A program made the position numbers and the translations under genes. 64,000 nt of DNA from Oopsacas minuta (taxonomy: Eukaryota > Animalia > Porifera): positions 1,171,080-1,235,079 of the forward strand of contig JAKMXF010000332.1 of assembly GCA_024704765.1 (NCBI GenBank), written 5' to 3'. Shown here piece after piece: positions 50,211 through 63,031 of this stretch. How positions within the stretch are numbered: position 1 is the stretch's first letter; every line of letters begins with the position of its first letter. The notes beneath the pieces were generated by a model. That model was given only the letters and a program-made list of their open reading frames with translations, did no database searches and was not told where the DNA came from.

Positions 50211-51080
50211 GAAGGGGTATTCTATATCCAAGAGCACTGTGCACTCATATTCATCCAAATCCCTGGGAGTTAAGGCCTTCAAACGACCTAAACAGCCAAA
50301 ATTGACCGGAAAGCAAAAGACAAACAGACTGGAATTCTGTCAAAAATACAGTGTGTGGTCAGTAGATGATTGGAAATGTATTCTCTGGACAGATGAGTCA
50401 CCCTTCGAACTTTTCCATTCATCCAATCATCAAAATTATTGTGTCTGGTGTCATAATTCTTCAGATGTTCTCCCTCAGGAAACGGTTAAATTCCGAAGAA
50501 ATCATGGTTTGGGGCATGATGAGCCATCAGGCACTATCAGAATTACACTTTGTGCCACCCAAACGAACTGTGAATGCTTCTTATTATGTGTCTGAAATAC
50601 TGACCAAAACCTGTAAAGATGCACTAAACCGCAAACGAAAACAGGGACAATACTCGAAAAGAGAATGATAGCAGACCCGTTGAAGGCCACATTGATGCAA
50701 GATGGTGCTCCACCCCACAGAGCCAACATTACTCAAGATTGGTGTAAAAACCACTGACCAAATTTCTGGGCTAAAGAGAAGTGGCCAGGTAACTCTCCAG
50801 ACCTGAATCCAATTGAGAATCTTTGGTCAATTCTCAAACAGAGACTTGACGAGTTGCCTCAATCAAATAACCTAGAAAACCTTAAGAAATCTCTAAAAAT
50901 GGCCTGGTCCAACATTGATCCATCTTGTCTCGAGAATCTAGTTACAGGGATGCCCAATAGAATTAGAAAATGTTTAGAATTGGAGGGTGGTTATATTAGG
51001 AAATAAATGAATTCAATAGTACACTGGTATTTTCTTATTCTTAACATAACGTAAGGTGACATTAATTTCTGGACACCCTG
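50211..51080 (+). mobile_element. 5'-truncated Tc1-like DD37E transposon
   Basis: WTDES, QDGAPPH, SPDLNPIENLW with 37 residues between D and E; 3' TIR ...GGACACCCTG|TA. Confidence 0.85.
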
Positions 51081-51634
51081 TATTGTCCAGGTTGAACCAA
51101 AACCATCTGGTCACCCTAAACAAAGGACATGATTATATCGTTCCAAAACACCTACTGAGTACTGGGCAGGATTAACACATGGGAAACAGGGACAATGCCC
51201 AGGGGCCACAACAACCAAAATATAATTTCATGCTTGCCAACAGCCCCGTTTTTGGGAGCGATATCCCGCTTTAGTTGAGGCAAATGTCAACCAAAACTTG
51301 CCAAAAACATAAATTATCCTGCTTTTTGTAGTGCAGTCAAATGCAAATATAAAGCGTCCTGCAATCTTCTGCTAAATTAACACCTTTCGTCCCGCTTTTC
51401 CTTCACTCTGGTTGGCAAGTATGTGTTTTAAGGCAGTTGAAACAACAGATTTACTAACCTTGTATAGATTTACTGTGTGACATGTGTTCCTAAATCTTAG
51501 CGATTCATCCAGAGAAACAACGAAATCATGGATCTCATCATAGTTGTTTCCAAGTTCAATACAATTGATTAGAAATCGCAACAGGCCGCGTCATACAGGT
51601 CTGAAGCCCTGCCCTGCCACATGTATATCTACAA

Positions 51635-54605
51635 GGGCAAGCTGCATTTGTCAGAATTTTGAAGTTGTCAGTTGTCAGAAAAATGTAGTTGTCACAGGTT
51701 AGAATGGACTTTAGCAGAATTGTCACATGTCAGAATGGATATTTTATATTGTCACTTGTTAGAATCCTTAGATTTTTGATAATAATTGTCAGAGTAACCA
51801 GAATGCAGATTACTTTTGTTATTTATTAACGAATCTGAGAAGATATTTTTTGTCACTTGTGTAGTTTGTTATTTTTCTGGTGTTAACAGTTCTGGTGTCA
51901 AGTCAATCTAAAATGTGAACAATGAAATATCGTGTATAATTAGCGAATCATATAACCATCATAATATAAACGATAATGGAATTACCTCACAAGAATATAA
52001 ACGATCCTTGGCAAAGATTATTACAACAGCGGACGGACATAATTATGTTCATTCTAAATTCACGGATGATTATATTTATCTTATATGCGCGATATTTAGG
52101 ACAGGTTGTAAGGGAACCAGCAAATTGAACCGTGTAAGAAGTCTGATTCCTCGAATGAAACAGTACATCATGATATTGGATACTATAAAACTGATGGATA
52201 CCAACACAAAACAAACTGTAAAACAATCGCTAAACAATCACAAACAAACATAAGAAATATATTTGATGACGCAACAAGAAACTACGTCTGCGCAGCTGAT
52301 ATTTAGTTCGAGGAATGTGAGTCGTCAATGTATCGCGCAAGAAGGACACTTCAACCTAAAAGTCCTCTTACATTTACATAGTTCTGTGATATGTTAATAA
52401 CATCAACTTTACAGACAATCTCAATTTCTCGGTAACTATTAAAAATCAATTCTTATCAGATGAAATAAGAACTCTCTTCAATGAAACAACGAATGTCAAA
52501 TTTGATGATACGCGGGTCCAACTGATGAACATACTACTGATTCCTCACTTGACACCGATCCGTGCTATTCTTTACTTGAGAACCTATCTAATATATCACT
52601 AGATCCTCACACGTTCAATCCTTAGCATTCATTGGCGGATATACAATTCACCAGCTAGGAAAACACTTTGCCCCTTGTAATCATTTCCTGAAATTATTCA
52701 CAAAATATAAAATCCTTCATATAGATGAACTTCCAGTGTCAAAATTCAAATGCTAGAGTTAATTGACAGAGGAAACCTCAAATGGCCTTATGATGCTGTT
52801 ATAGATGCTGTAATTATTGTTCCGAAACTGTTTGTACATATTGAGAGAAGTGATGAATTGATGAATCAGTCTGGCAGGATCCACCAAGAGAATCCTTGTG
52901 GAACTTGCAACAACAAAGATGGAAAATGTTCAAAGCGAAATTTGGAGAAATAAATGCTCCATTGTGATCACTTTGGTTGGAATTATCCTAGAAGAATACT
53001 CACTCAAAATGCATAATCTCGAATAAAGTAAGGAATTTCAATTCTCAGGTGACTTCCAGTCAAGAGATAAAATAAGTAATCGTAAAATTAAAAAGCTGAA
53101 ACCTACAGCCACAACCCAGAGAAATCTTCAGGTAGATAAGCACAAAGGTTCTGATGATTAGGCTGCATTTCTTAGATATTGTTATTATGAAAATACATCT
53201 ACTAGCATCTAAATAGAATATTCATTGAGATAATTAAATATTGTATTATTTCCAAACATCCATGGCATTTCTGTTGCTGAGCCTTGTGTAAAGTAGGCTA
53301 TGATGATACTTGCTATTTATTGGCATGTAGTTTCATGTCTATCTGATAATTAAGTTCAAACAGTTAAGAAATAAACTCTGATAATCTATAATATGAAAAC
53401 GCAGTTAATCTATACTAGCGCTCTTCGCTCAAAAACAGCTTAGTGCTCCAGGTTAGTATAAGTATTGAACAGCTAAAGTACTTGATAGTTTGAGTCGCTA
53501 CCGCGACTGAATATTATACTCGGCATTACGTGCCTCGAGGATAATGTCTTGCGGAAATTTAGATTTTGTATTATCCCTAGCCAATCCAAATTCTATTTAA
53601 TGCCCTTATGTTGTAATTGTTGAGGTGCTAAGTGGCTATTAGTTTGTAATCTCGGAATTTCGTGCCTTGGGTACTAAGATACCTTAAAACTGGAGAAAAT
53701 TGATATTTTGAAGTAATAATGGCGTAATAATCCCATGATAAGTTTTGAATTTGGCCAAAACATTTGGCATAATAAGGGTTATCTACAATGACGTCATAAT
53801 TTCGTAATAGATATGAATTTTGTCCGAGCCAGGCCAAATTCAACCCCTATTTGTATGTCTAGAATTGATTTAAGAAACTGGAGAACCCTCAAGGTTGATT
53901 TTCTGCATACAAGGGTATTTCGAGCCTGGCTTGGACAAGTTCGAGTCTTGGCCGAAAATTCACACCTGTGACGAAATTATGAAGTCATTGTCACCTTTTT
54001 GGACTTTCGAAAATTCACATTAATAGCCACTGCTCAGACAAGATACATGATAGAAGTTGAAATTTGAATCACAGATACACCTCAATATGCCAAACGTTAT
54101 GATTTCATAATTTTGGCCAAATACAAACTCATCATGGCATTATTAGGTCATCATGACTGTACAAAAAATTATCCAAATTTCGATATTTTTAAGAATTTCA
54201 TATTATCCGAGACACGAATTGCCCAGATTACTAACCTAAAGCCACATAAGAGTTCCAGTATGACCACCTAAGACAATTAAATGGAATTTGGCAGCTCTAT
54301 GGATAATAAAATATTCAAATTCCACAGAAGATTAACCTTGAGGCACTGTAGTACCGAGATATCCCTTCGCGTAGCGACCAAAACCATAAAAAAAATGTAG
54401 CTGTTTAATACTTAAGCTAGCCTCAGGTCCTAAGCAGTTGCACAGCGACCTAGCAAGCGATTCGTGCTAGTTACAATTACTACGAGTAATAAATTGGATA
54501 CTGACATGTGACAATATTAGAAATATCCATCCTGACATTGACAATATTCCAAATATTCATTCTGATTTGTTACAACTTCAAAATTCTGACAAGTGCATGC
54601 AACCC
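51635..54605 (+). mobile_element. Mutator-like element (defective, with foreign internal sequence)
   Basis: TIRs GGGCAAGCTGCATTTGTCAGAATTTTGAAGTTGT / ACAACTTCAAAATTCTGACAAGTGCATGCAACCC. N-terminal transposase remnant TTADGHNYV...LICAIFRTGCKGTSKL (51915-52253) is homologous to 57642ff. Confidence 0.75.
52750..53060 (+). pseudogene. P-element/THAP9-like transposase C-terminal fragment
   Basis: IDRGNLKWP resembles the DRGGLxYP motif near the C-terminus of P/THAP9 transposases. Confidence 0.4.
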
Positions 54606-54865
54606 GTCTAACAACATAGTTTAGAATCAATATCATTAAATCTCATTTTTAGTCTGCCTGTTTGTCTGTCTGTTTGTTTGTCTTCAAGGAAAGGATTTAT
54701 GGTATCTATATTGAATGTATTTGTGCATAGCATTCTATATTTAAGGTAATGGCGTGCTTAATAATTTTTGGACTAAGGATAAAATTGTTAATTTATATAT
54801 TTACATAGGGAAGTCTATTTGTTTCGATATTATCAAAATGGTGCATTTATCCCTAATAAATGTGT

Positions 54866-55200
54866 CAGGGCTGTATCAACTCATTTTATTGAATGAGTTG
54901 AATAAGTTGAATGAGTTGATAGTTCAATGAAATGAGTTCAAATGAGTTCAACTCATTTTAGAAATGAGTTGATTGAACCAACTCATTTTAGATAATGAAT
55001 TGCTGAATCAACTCATTTTACGCATATTTTCCTTTCGGCTTATTATGTTAATGATCTCTGATACGGTCAGGGCTGTATCAACTCATTTTGGGTTGGCAAA
55101 TCAACTCATTTTATTGAATGAGTTGAATGAGTTGGTTACATCCAAATGAATGAGTTGAATGAGTTGGTGCAATAAAAATGAATGAGTTGATACAGCCCTG
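54866..55200. mobile_element. hAT MITE containing a second internal left end
   Basis: TIR CAGGGCTGTATCAACTCATT at 54866 and again at 55068; inverted copy ending at 55200; perfect 8-bp TSD AAATGTGT around the whole unit. Confidence 0.85.
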
Positions 55201-55450
55201 AAATGTGTTATTGATACTTAAAACTACACAAAGTCTATACCTACAATCTATTTCCGGATCGAAATAATGTAATCTGGATGAGTACAAAGCAATTTGGTCA
55301 ACAAAATGCTCCAATTTGAAAGCATTGTAAAGAAATAACTATTGCCTTTAAAGCTACAGAATGTACACATTTTGTTCTAAGGACGTGTTATACGTTAATA
55401 ATAATGTAAATAATTTCTTATGATAAAGCAGACACGTTCTAGAGTCATAG

Positions 55451-55797
55451 TAGTGACCATGGATGGCATATTTTTGTCAAACGTTACCTATAACTTGACA
55501 ACCTTTATAGATATGGCCAAATTGTCTTGCAATCAGGTTCTCTATACCCAACTTCCAGTACCCTGATGATATATTCTATTGTCATATTTCCGACCATTGT
55601 GAAGCAATTATCAATTATGCAATATATGGTCATTTTCAAGATTGCGCACAATGGTTTGAGATATGACATCAAAATGTATTATCAGGATATGAAAAGTTGA
55701 GTATATAGAACCTGTTTCCAAGACGATTTTGCCATGTCTATAAAGGGTGTCAAGTAATCGGTAAAGATTGACCAAAATATGCCATCCATGGTCACTA
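55451..55797. mobile_element. ~350-bp foldback element
   Basis: tagtgaccatggatggcatatttt / aaaatatgccatccatggtcacta; arms continue inward for about 130 bp. Confidence 0.8.
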
Positions 55798-55810
55798 CAT
55801 ATCCCTAGAA

Positions 55811-55934
55811 CAGTGGTTCTCGACCGGGGGTCCGCGGCCTAAAAATGTTTTCGTTATGTTTATTAGCAGGGGATCCACGGACTCCATAAAATGGACCAAG
55901 AGGTCCGCAGAAGAAAAAAGGTTGAGAACAAATG
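55811..55934. mobile_element. 124-bp Buster-type hAT MITE
   Basis: CAGTGGTTCTCGACC / GGTTGAGAACAAATG; perfect TSD CCCTAGAA. Confidence 0.9.
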
Positions 55935-57641
55935 CCCTAGAACTTGCACACAGTGCCCAAACATCTTCGAATAGTCAATAAATTGACCTCCTCAAATCAA
56001 TTCGAAAACATCATAATCGTTTTCAGCAGTCTCGAAAACCCTAAAATCGACTAAAATATTGATTAATCATATGTCAATATGGAGTATTTTATGGATAACC
56101 CCAGAGTACAAACAAATTTATAAACTAGAATATTGTTGTATTATTCTATTATATTATCACTAACTTGTGTATCTTTCTTATCAAAAGAATTTCAAAGTTA
56201 GAAGAAATATTTCTAAATAAACTTAATCTAGGCACAAGTGCTGAGCAATAGACTACTTAATACTATGGACTATGGACTCTCAATCTCAATAGGTTATGAA
56301 AAATCAACCTCAAGGCACGTAGTACTGAGTATATACCCTCGCGTAGCGACCAAGAGTAGTAAGAAATGCCGCTATTTAATACTTAAGCTAACCTGAGGTC
56401 CTACGCTGTCGCGCAGCGGCCTAGCAAGCAAAACACGCTAATAAATCAATAATCGTGAAAGTTATTGTCAAATCAGGATAGCCTATTTATAGTGCGATAT
56501 AGCCGACTTCCCATTAACTTGTAACACATTTTGACATGATATCTCTTAAGCTTATTGCGTAATCATAAAAATGACTATATATGAGTATATTCACGATTGC
56601 GTAACATTGGTAAAATTATCATGACAATATGTATAGCCTTCTCTATATAAGGCTACCATCAGATGTACCAGGGATATAGTAGTGCACGGTAATTATTATA
56701 TTAGCATACAGAATGGTTTCCTATCGCACAAACAGTACTTATATGCCCAAGTAAATGTATCATAGATATGTAGAATAGCATGTCTCCAAAACCAACAAAG
56801 CAAAAAAATACCAAAATGTGCCAATTTATTTGCTTAGTACTCATTATTTGGAGAATATGGCCCAATCTTTGATGAGCTGTAGAACGTCAAATATTGCATC
56901 TTTGGTTTCAAAGTTAATGTACGAAATGATGTAAGGATACTTTTGTACACATATTAAAAATTTGTCATGATAAAGTTGACAGGTTTTTGAGTTACAGTGG
57001 TGACCTTGGATGGTGATAATTTGTCATTATGCATTTATAAGTCGAAAACTCTCAATGATATAACAAAGCTCACTATTGCCAATTTATAGTATATACCCCG
57101 ATTTCCCATACCCTTTTAGTACTTGTTGATATGATATCTCCTACGATAATTACGCACTCCTGAATATTACCATATATGGCTTTATTGATGACTATGCGAT
57201 AATCCTTGTAGATATCATATCAAATCAAAATGTACCACAAGGGCATGGGAAATCGGCAATAGTGAGTTTTGTTATATCATTGAGGGTTTTCTACTTATAA
57301 ATCATAGTGACGGGGCGCTGCATTTGTTAGAATTTTGACACTGTCATTTGTTAGAATTATCCCAATTGTCGTTTGTCAGAACAGTTTTTCAGGTTACTGT
57401 CACTTCTTAGAATAATTAGTATATCCATATAATATCGGTCAACTTTTATGTATTCTCAATAAATTTTTCTATAGTCAGAATCCATCAAATCCACGTCTAT
57501 TCATCATCATTTCTAAAATCTGATTCTTTGTTAAATAAACAATTATCTTGTTTTTGATTGCCACTTCACGTATGAAACGCATACACCAACTTCCAAATAG
57601 AGTATAAATTCATAACTTAACTGTTCTAAAATATTATTGTC

Positions 57642-59221
57642 ATGGAATACACATTAGATGAAACAAGCGCAGTGTCGGAAGAATTTTTACAACTCAAGAT
57701 GGTAACAAATATATTAAATCAAAAGTAAAGGGCAGTTTAGTGTACCTTCGATGTGTGTTGTTTAGAGGTGGGTGTAAGGGTTCTAGTAAACTAAATCATG
57801 AAACCAATTTGATCACACCTTTGAAATTGCATAGTTATAATGTAGAAACGTATCAAACAGAAGTTTATCAATTGAAAACAAGATGTAAAACTATGGCCGC
57901 GAATCCACAAACTAAATCTCGAAGAGTTTTTACGATGTTGCAAGAAATGATCCTTGTGCAAGTGATATCGCTTTACAGAATGCGAGTCATCCCTCTAATG
58001 AGGGAGGCGTAAATTACAACCGAAAATTCCGCTTACAGCTTCCGAGTTTGTTGCTTTGTTGCCAACAACAACATTGGGGGAATATTATAAGTATAGCGTA
58101 TCGAGAAGTGAACAAGCAGGTGTGATCCTTTTTTCAGAGCAGATGCAAACATTTTTGGACGAGGTGGCCAATGTTCAATTTGATGGAACATTTTTTACCT
58201 TTCCAACTCAATTCTCTCAGCTCTGGACAATATTTGTTACAGTGGGAAGACATGCTTTACCAGTTGTACATTATTTAATGACATTCAAGACCCGGGAATT
58301 ATATCAAGCAGTATTGGAAAGTATCTTTATTAATGTTCCACAATTTCGGCCATTAGCGACTATGTCAGATTGGGAACCAGCAGCAAGAAATGCTTTTAAG
58401 GTAGTGTTCTCTCAAGCGAGAATTCTCAGTTGCTGGTTTCATTACACCCAGCGAATTTGGGCTAAATCACAAAAATTTGGTCTTACCCAAAGTTTGGGAG
58501 ATAGTCCAGAAGTAATTGGTTACATAAAACAATTAATGGCAATCTCGATTTGCCAGCTCCACTAATTATTCCCACTTTCGAATTCCTTCTAATTCCAGTC
58601 ATAGAAAATACTGAGAAATCAAAATTCGAAAAACTTAAGAACTATTGCAAAACGTTGGATCAATCAAATAACTCCGGAAGAACTTTCTATTTATGAAATC
58701 AACATCGCTACTAATAATGGGGCAGAAAGCTATCATTCTAAACTTAAATCAATTGTGAGAACCAATCATCCAAGTATTGGACGTTCACGGAAACTGTATT
58801 AAATGAAATAATACAAGATACAAATAATGATATAGGACGTTTTCGGAAGGGAAGAGGAATCAGCTGACCACGAAAAAAAACATAAAAAATTAAGAACGTA
58901 GGAATATTTCCACCAAAGTTGTCTTGTGGAGACTACAACCCGATGGAATTCCTGAAAGCGATTAGCAACACAACTGACAACATAAATTCGCAAGAATATT
59001 TTTCATCAAGTGATTATTCTGATGACGAAAATGTTGAGGCAACTGGAGAAATTCACAAGTGCGTTATTTGTCTAGCGCATCGTACAGAAACATAGATCTT
59101 CATGCCTTGTAGACATGCCAACTGCTGTACGGAGTGTAGCAAATCAATCGAAGAACTAGGACACCCTTGTCCAGTGTGCCGTTCGATAATCGAAACACGA
59201 TTTCAAATATTCACAAGTTAA
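57642..59221 (+). pseudogene. MULE transposase with a FLYWCH-like N-terminus and a C-terminal C3HC4 RING finger
   Basis: YLRCVLFRGGCKG; FDGTF; MSDWEPAARNAF; CWFHYTQ; TNNGAESYH; CVIC...PCRHANCCTEC...CPVCR (59060-59180). Several frameshifts and stops. Confidence 0.85.
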
Positions 59222-59455
59222 TCTATATTATTAAATCTCAAAGCTTGTTTGTCTGTTTGTCTGTTTGTTAGTTTGTCCGTTGTCAAGAAAAGGATTTATG
59301 GTATGCTATTATGAAATTGTCGCAAAACTATGTATTTATCGTGATTATCAAGGAAATAGAATTCAATAAAACTCCACTAAATATGTCGAACTTGCTGTAT
59401 CCGATTTTCACACTTTTGGTTTAATCAATGTAAATTTATTGTTGTTTTTATGAAT

Positions 59456-59803
59456 ATAAAGTAAACAAATTCCAAAATTGAGGTAGAATCATACTTTAAA
59501 CGACTATCCTGGGATAATCGAGTACGCTGAGTCTGAATATGGTATTGTAAACAACATATTGTGAATATTTATTCACTTTTAGGTACATAAAGTAAACAAA
59601 TTTCAAAATTGGGTAGAATCATATTTTCAACGACTATCCTGGGGTATTCGAGTATGCTGAGTCCGAATATGGTATTGAAACAACATATTGTGAATATTTG
59701 TTTACTTTTAAGTACATAAAGTAAACAAATTTCAAAATTAAGGTAGAATCATGCTTTCAACGACTATACTGGGGTAATCGAGTAGACTGAGTCTGAATAT
59801 TGT
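59456..59803. repeat. ~130-bp tandem repeat, ~2.7 copies
   Basis: Units start ATAAAGTAAACAAATT at 59456, 59587 and 59716. Confidence 0.9.
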
Positions 59804-61700
59804 AAGCAACCATCAATATTATTAATTCTCAATTGTTGTTTGTCTGTTTGTTTGTCCGTTGAATAGATCGAGGCGCAATGCGCCGAGTTCATCGCGAAGC
59901 GACGAGCCAAAGGCTCGTAACATTTAATATTATGATCTTTCATTACATATAATTATTTCAATTAATTATATTATTACTATATTTTCCAGATATAACATTA
60001 AAGCTATCATTTATCTCCACGAAATATATGTTCAATAAATAAAAATTCATCAAAAAAATAATACCCGATATACATAGCTGAAACTAAAAATAATACATAT
60101 AAGCACTGATACTAACGGAAAATTTATTCAATATTTCTAAAAGTAACAGTCGATTGAAATTATATTCTAACAAGTGACAGTAGGGAAAATTCTAACAAAT
60201 AACAGTCTCAAAATTCTAACAAATGCATGCACCTCATATTGACAAATTAACACCATCCATGGTCACTACTGTAACTCAAAAACCTGTCAACTTTATCATA
60301 ACAAATTATTAATATGAAATACAAAAGCATCTTTACATCATTTTCGTACATTAACTTTGAAATCAAAGATGCGATATTTGACGTTCTACAGCTCATCAAA
60401 GATGGGCCCATATTCTCTAAATAATGCTTACTAAGCATAGAAATTGGCACATTTTGAGAATTTTTTGTTTTGTTTGGAGACATGATATTCTACATATCTA
60501 TAATACATTTATTTGGGCATAAAGGTACTGTTTGTGCGATAGAAACCATTCTGTATACTAAGATAATATATCCGTACACTCCAAATATTCAAGGTTGATG
60601 GTACGGCTTATATAGAGAAGGCTATGCAATATGTATTACAATGGTATAGGAAGGCGGGTTTATACTACATTGTTATAAATAGGCCATACTGATTTGGCTT
60701 CCACGATTGTTGAGAAATAAACTTACAATTGGGAGTTCATATTAATGTGTCATCCATGGTCCGTACTATAACTCAAGAACTAGCCAACTTTAACATGACA
60801 ATGTATTTATATCTATTATAGAATTTGTAGATGGTTTATTTGTGTTCCGAATTGATTGAGGAACTTGTAAGAGCTAGAGACTTGAAATTTGGCATATGTC
60901 TGGAAGATGATAAATCTAGGAACAATTTCAAATATTTAAGGGATATCTCAAAAACTCTCTGAGATAGGTCTCAAAATGTATTGACCTATCAGATTCGAGG
61001 GTTTACCAATTGTGATATTATTAGCCATATCCTACAAAAGATAAGACCTAATCACTACTTTGGACCAGGGATAAGAGGAAGCGGATATATTTTGATTGGA
61101 AAATCAAAAATCACCGATAATATGAAACTGGTACATTTTCACCCGAATAATTGTATTATTCATATGCAAGAATTCACAAAAGCCACATTTGTAAAATTTT
61201 GAGATCAAAGTGACGTCATTTATTAGCGTAATTGGCAAAATATATATTAAAAACTGCTCCATCTTAGAAATCATGTGTAACGTTAATCAATGATCAATGT
61301 TCAAAATGTTTGGAATTCCAAATTATCTCAAAACGTCTCTGTACATATAAGAATTTTTTCATGAAAACTCTCACGTTTCTGGGTTATCGCACAAACTATG
61401 AATGTTACATGTTTTGCCAATATCCAGCTATAACTCGATTATTGTGGAAATTATAGTCAAATCAGGACAGCAATTTTTGTAGAATAAACCAAACTTCCCA
61501 TAACCTTGTGATACATTTGATATGACATCTCACAAGATTATTGCGTAATCTCAAAATGACCATATATGGGCATATTCATGACTGCGTCATATTGGCAAGA
61601 GATCGTTTCAAAATGTATCACAAGGTAAGTTGGGTCTAAACTATAAAATGGCTATCCTGTTTGACCATAATTTTCACGATAATCGAGTTATAAGTAGATA

Positions 61701-63031
61701 CGAGGGTCGTCCAAAAAGTTTTTAGAATGAATGCTGTAACTTCATTTCTTGCACACCAATACATCTTATATCTATAGTACACTATATTTATAACTACTCT
61801 AGTTAAAATATCTAAGCTTTTTATCTTTTATTACTTTTTTGACAGCTACTTATATAGTCAGCACTTGGCTCTTATTTTAAATTCGTACTTAATTATTCCT
61901 CATGGATTTACATTTGGAAAGGAGGGACTTTCGCGTAATGATTTTTTATGACTTTATGAGAAAACTCAGTCCTAAAGAATCACATATTCAACTTCAGGAC
62001 ACATTTGGAGAAAAATCACCATCTTTGGCTACAGTGTACAACTGGTACGGTGAATTTAACCGTGGACGAAAGACTCTAAGTGATGAGATGCGATCAGGAC
62101 GTCCTGCAGATGCGGTTAACCCAGAAAATATCCAGAAAGTTAAGAAAATAATCAAAAATGAGCGTCGAATCATAATTGACGAAATAATGAGTTATTTAGA
62201 CATCAGCAGAGGAAGCCTCCATGCCATACTTCATGAACACTCTTGGTGAGGAAAGTGGCTGCACGTTGGATTCCACATAAACTTTCTGAAGAACAAATGA
62301 CAACTCGAGTGGATTGGTGCAAATTTATGATCAGAAAATTCGATCATGGTCGTTCAAAGCTATTGAATACATTAATTACGGGAGATGAGACTTGGATTTA
62401 CCAATATGACCCAGAGACGAAGCAACAATCTTCAGTTTGGCTTTTTCCAGATGATGATCCCCCTCAAAAATTGAGACGTGCACGAAGTGGCAACAAGCAA
62501 ATGGTCGCCAGTTTCATCTCTAATAAGGGACATGTTGCTACTATTCCCCTTATAGAGCAAAAGACTGTAACTGCGAATTGGTATGTCAACATTTGCATGC
62601 CTCAGGTGATAGAAAAGTGGAGCATTTTACATCCTAAAGCCTACCTCACCTCACTTCAATGGCACCATGACAATGCAAGTGCACACAAGGCAGCTTTAAC
62701 AATGGATTTCTTTGCAGAAAATGGTATAAAATTGATACCCCATCCAGCATATTCCCCAGATTTGGCGCCATGCGACTTCTTTCTTTTCCCTAAACTAAAA
62801 AAGAAGATCAAAGGGGTTCATTTCGATAGTGCAGAAGAGGCAAGACTGGCTTATAATGGGGCCCTCCAAGACCTAACCAAAGAAGACTGGGAAAATTGTT
62901 TTGAAAGTTGGTTTAGAAGGATGGATTTATACATACAGTCATCTGGTATTTACTTCGAGAAACTATAAAAAAATAATCCATTTCCTACTATTCTTTCACA
63001 TAGATTCTAAAAACTTTTTGGACTACCCTCG
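61701..63031 (+). mobile_element. mariner (DD34D) transposon, nearly intact
   Basis: TIRs CGAGGGTCGTCCAAAAAGTTTTTAGAAT / ATTCTAAAAACTTTTTGGACTACCCTCG; TA TSD. Confidence 0.95.
61902..62968 (+). pseudogene. mariner transposase with one frameshift (~62245)
   Basis: HTH region (61902-62249) plus WIPHKL, TGDETW, HDNASAH, YSPDLAPCDF (62243-62968); 34 residues between the last two Asp. Confidence 0.92.

Larger units (their letters stand above)
57312..60234 (+). mobile_element. Mutator-like element (MULE)
   Basis: TIRs rich in TTTGTTAGAATTT units; 9-bp TSD CATAGTGAC / CATATTGAC (8/9). Confidence 0.85.
56634..60624. mobile_element. ~1-kb foldback element interrupted by the Mutator-like element
   Basis: 56634-57030 is the reverse complement of 60240-60624; the palindrome is continuous once 57312-60234 is removed. 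Confidence 0.85.

Noticed and set aside
2929-50729. Many 60-100 aa ORFs antisense to transposase fragments (e.g. 2929-3219, 6517-6756, 17579-17803, 18311-18589, 19546-19839, 37323-37508, 50502-50729)
   Set aside because: Shadow ORFs on the opposite strand of recognised transposase sequences, with no independent motifs.
59456-59803. CRISPR-like array
   Set aside because: Whole ~130-bp units are repeated with no unique spacers, there are no cas genes, and the context is eukaryotic.
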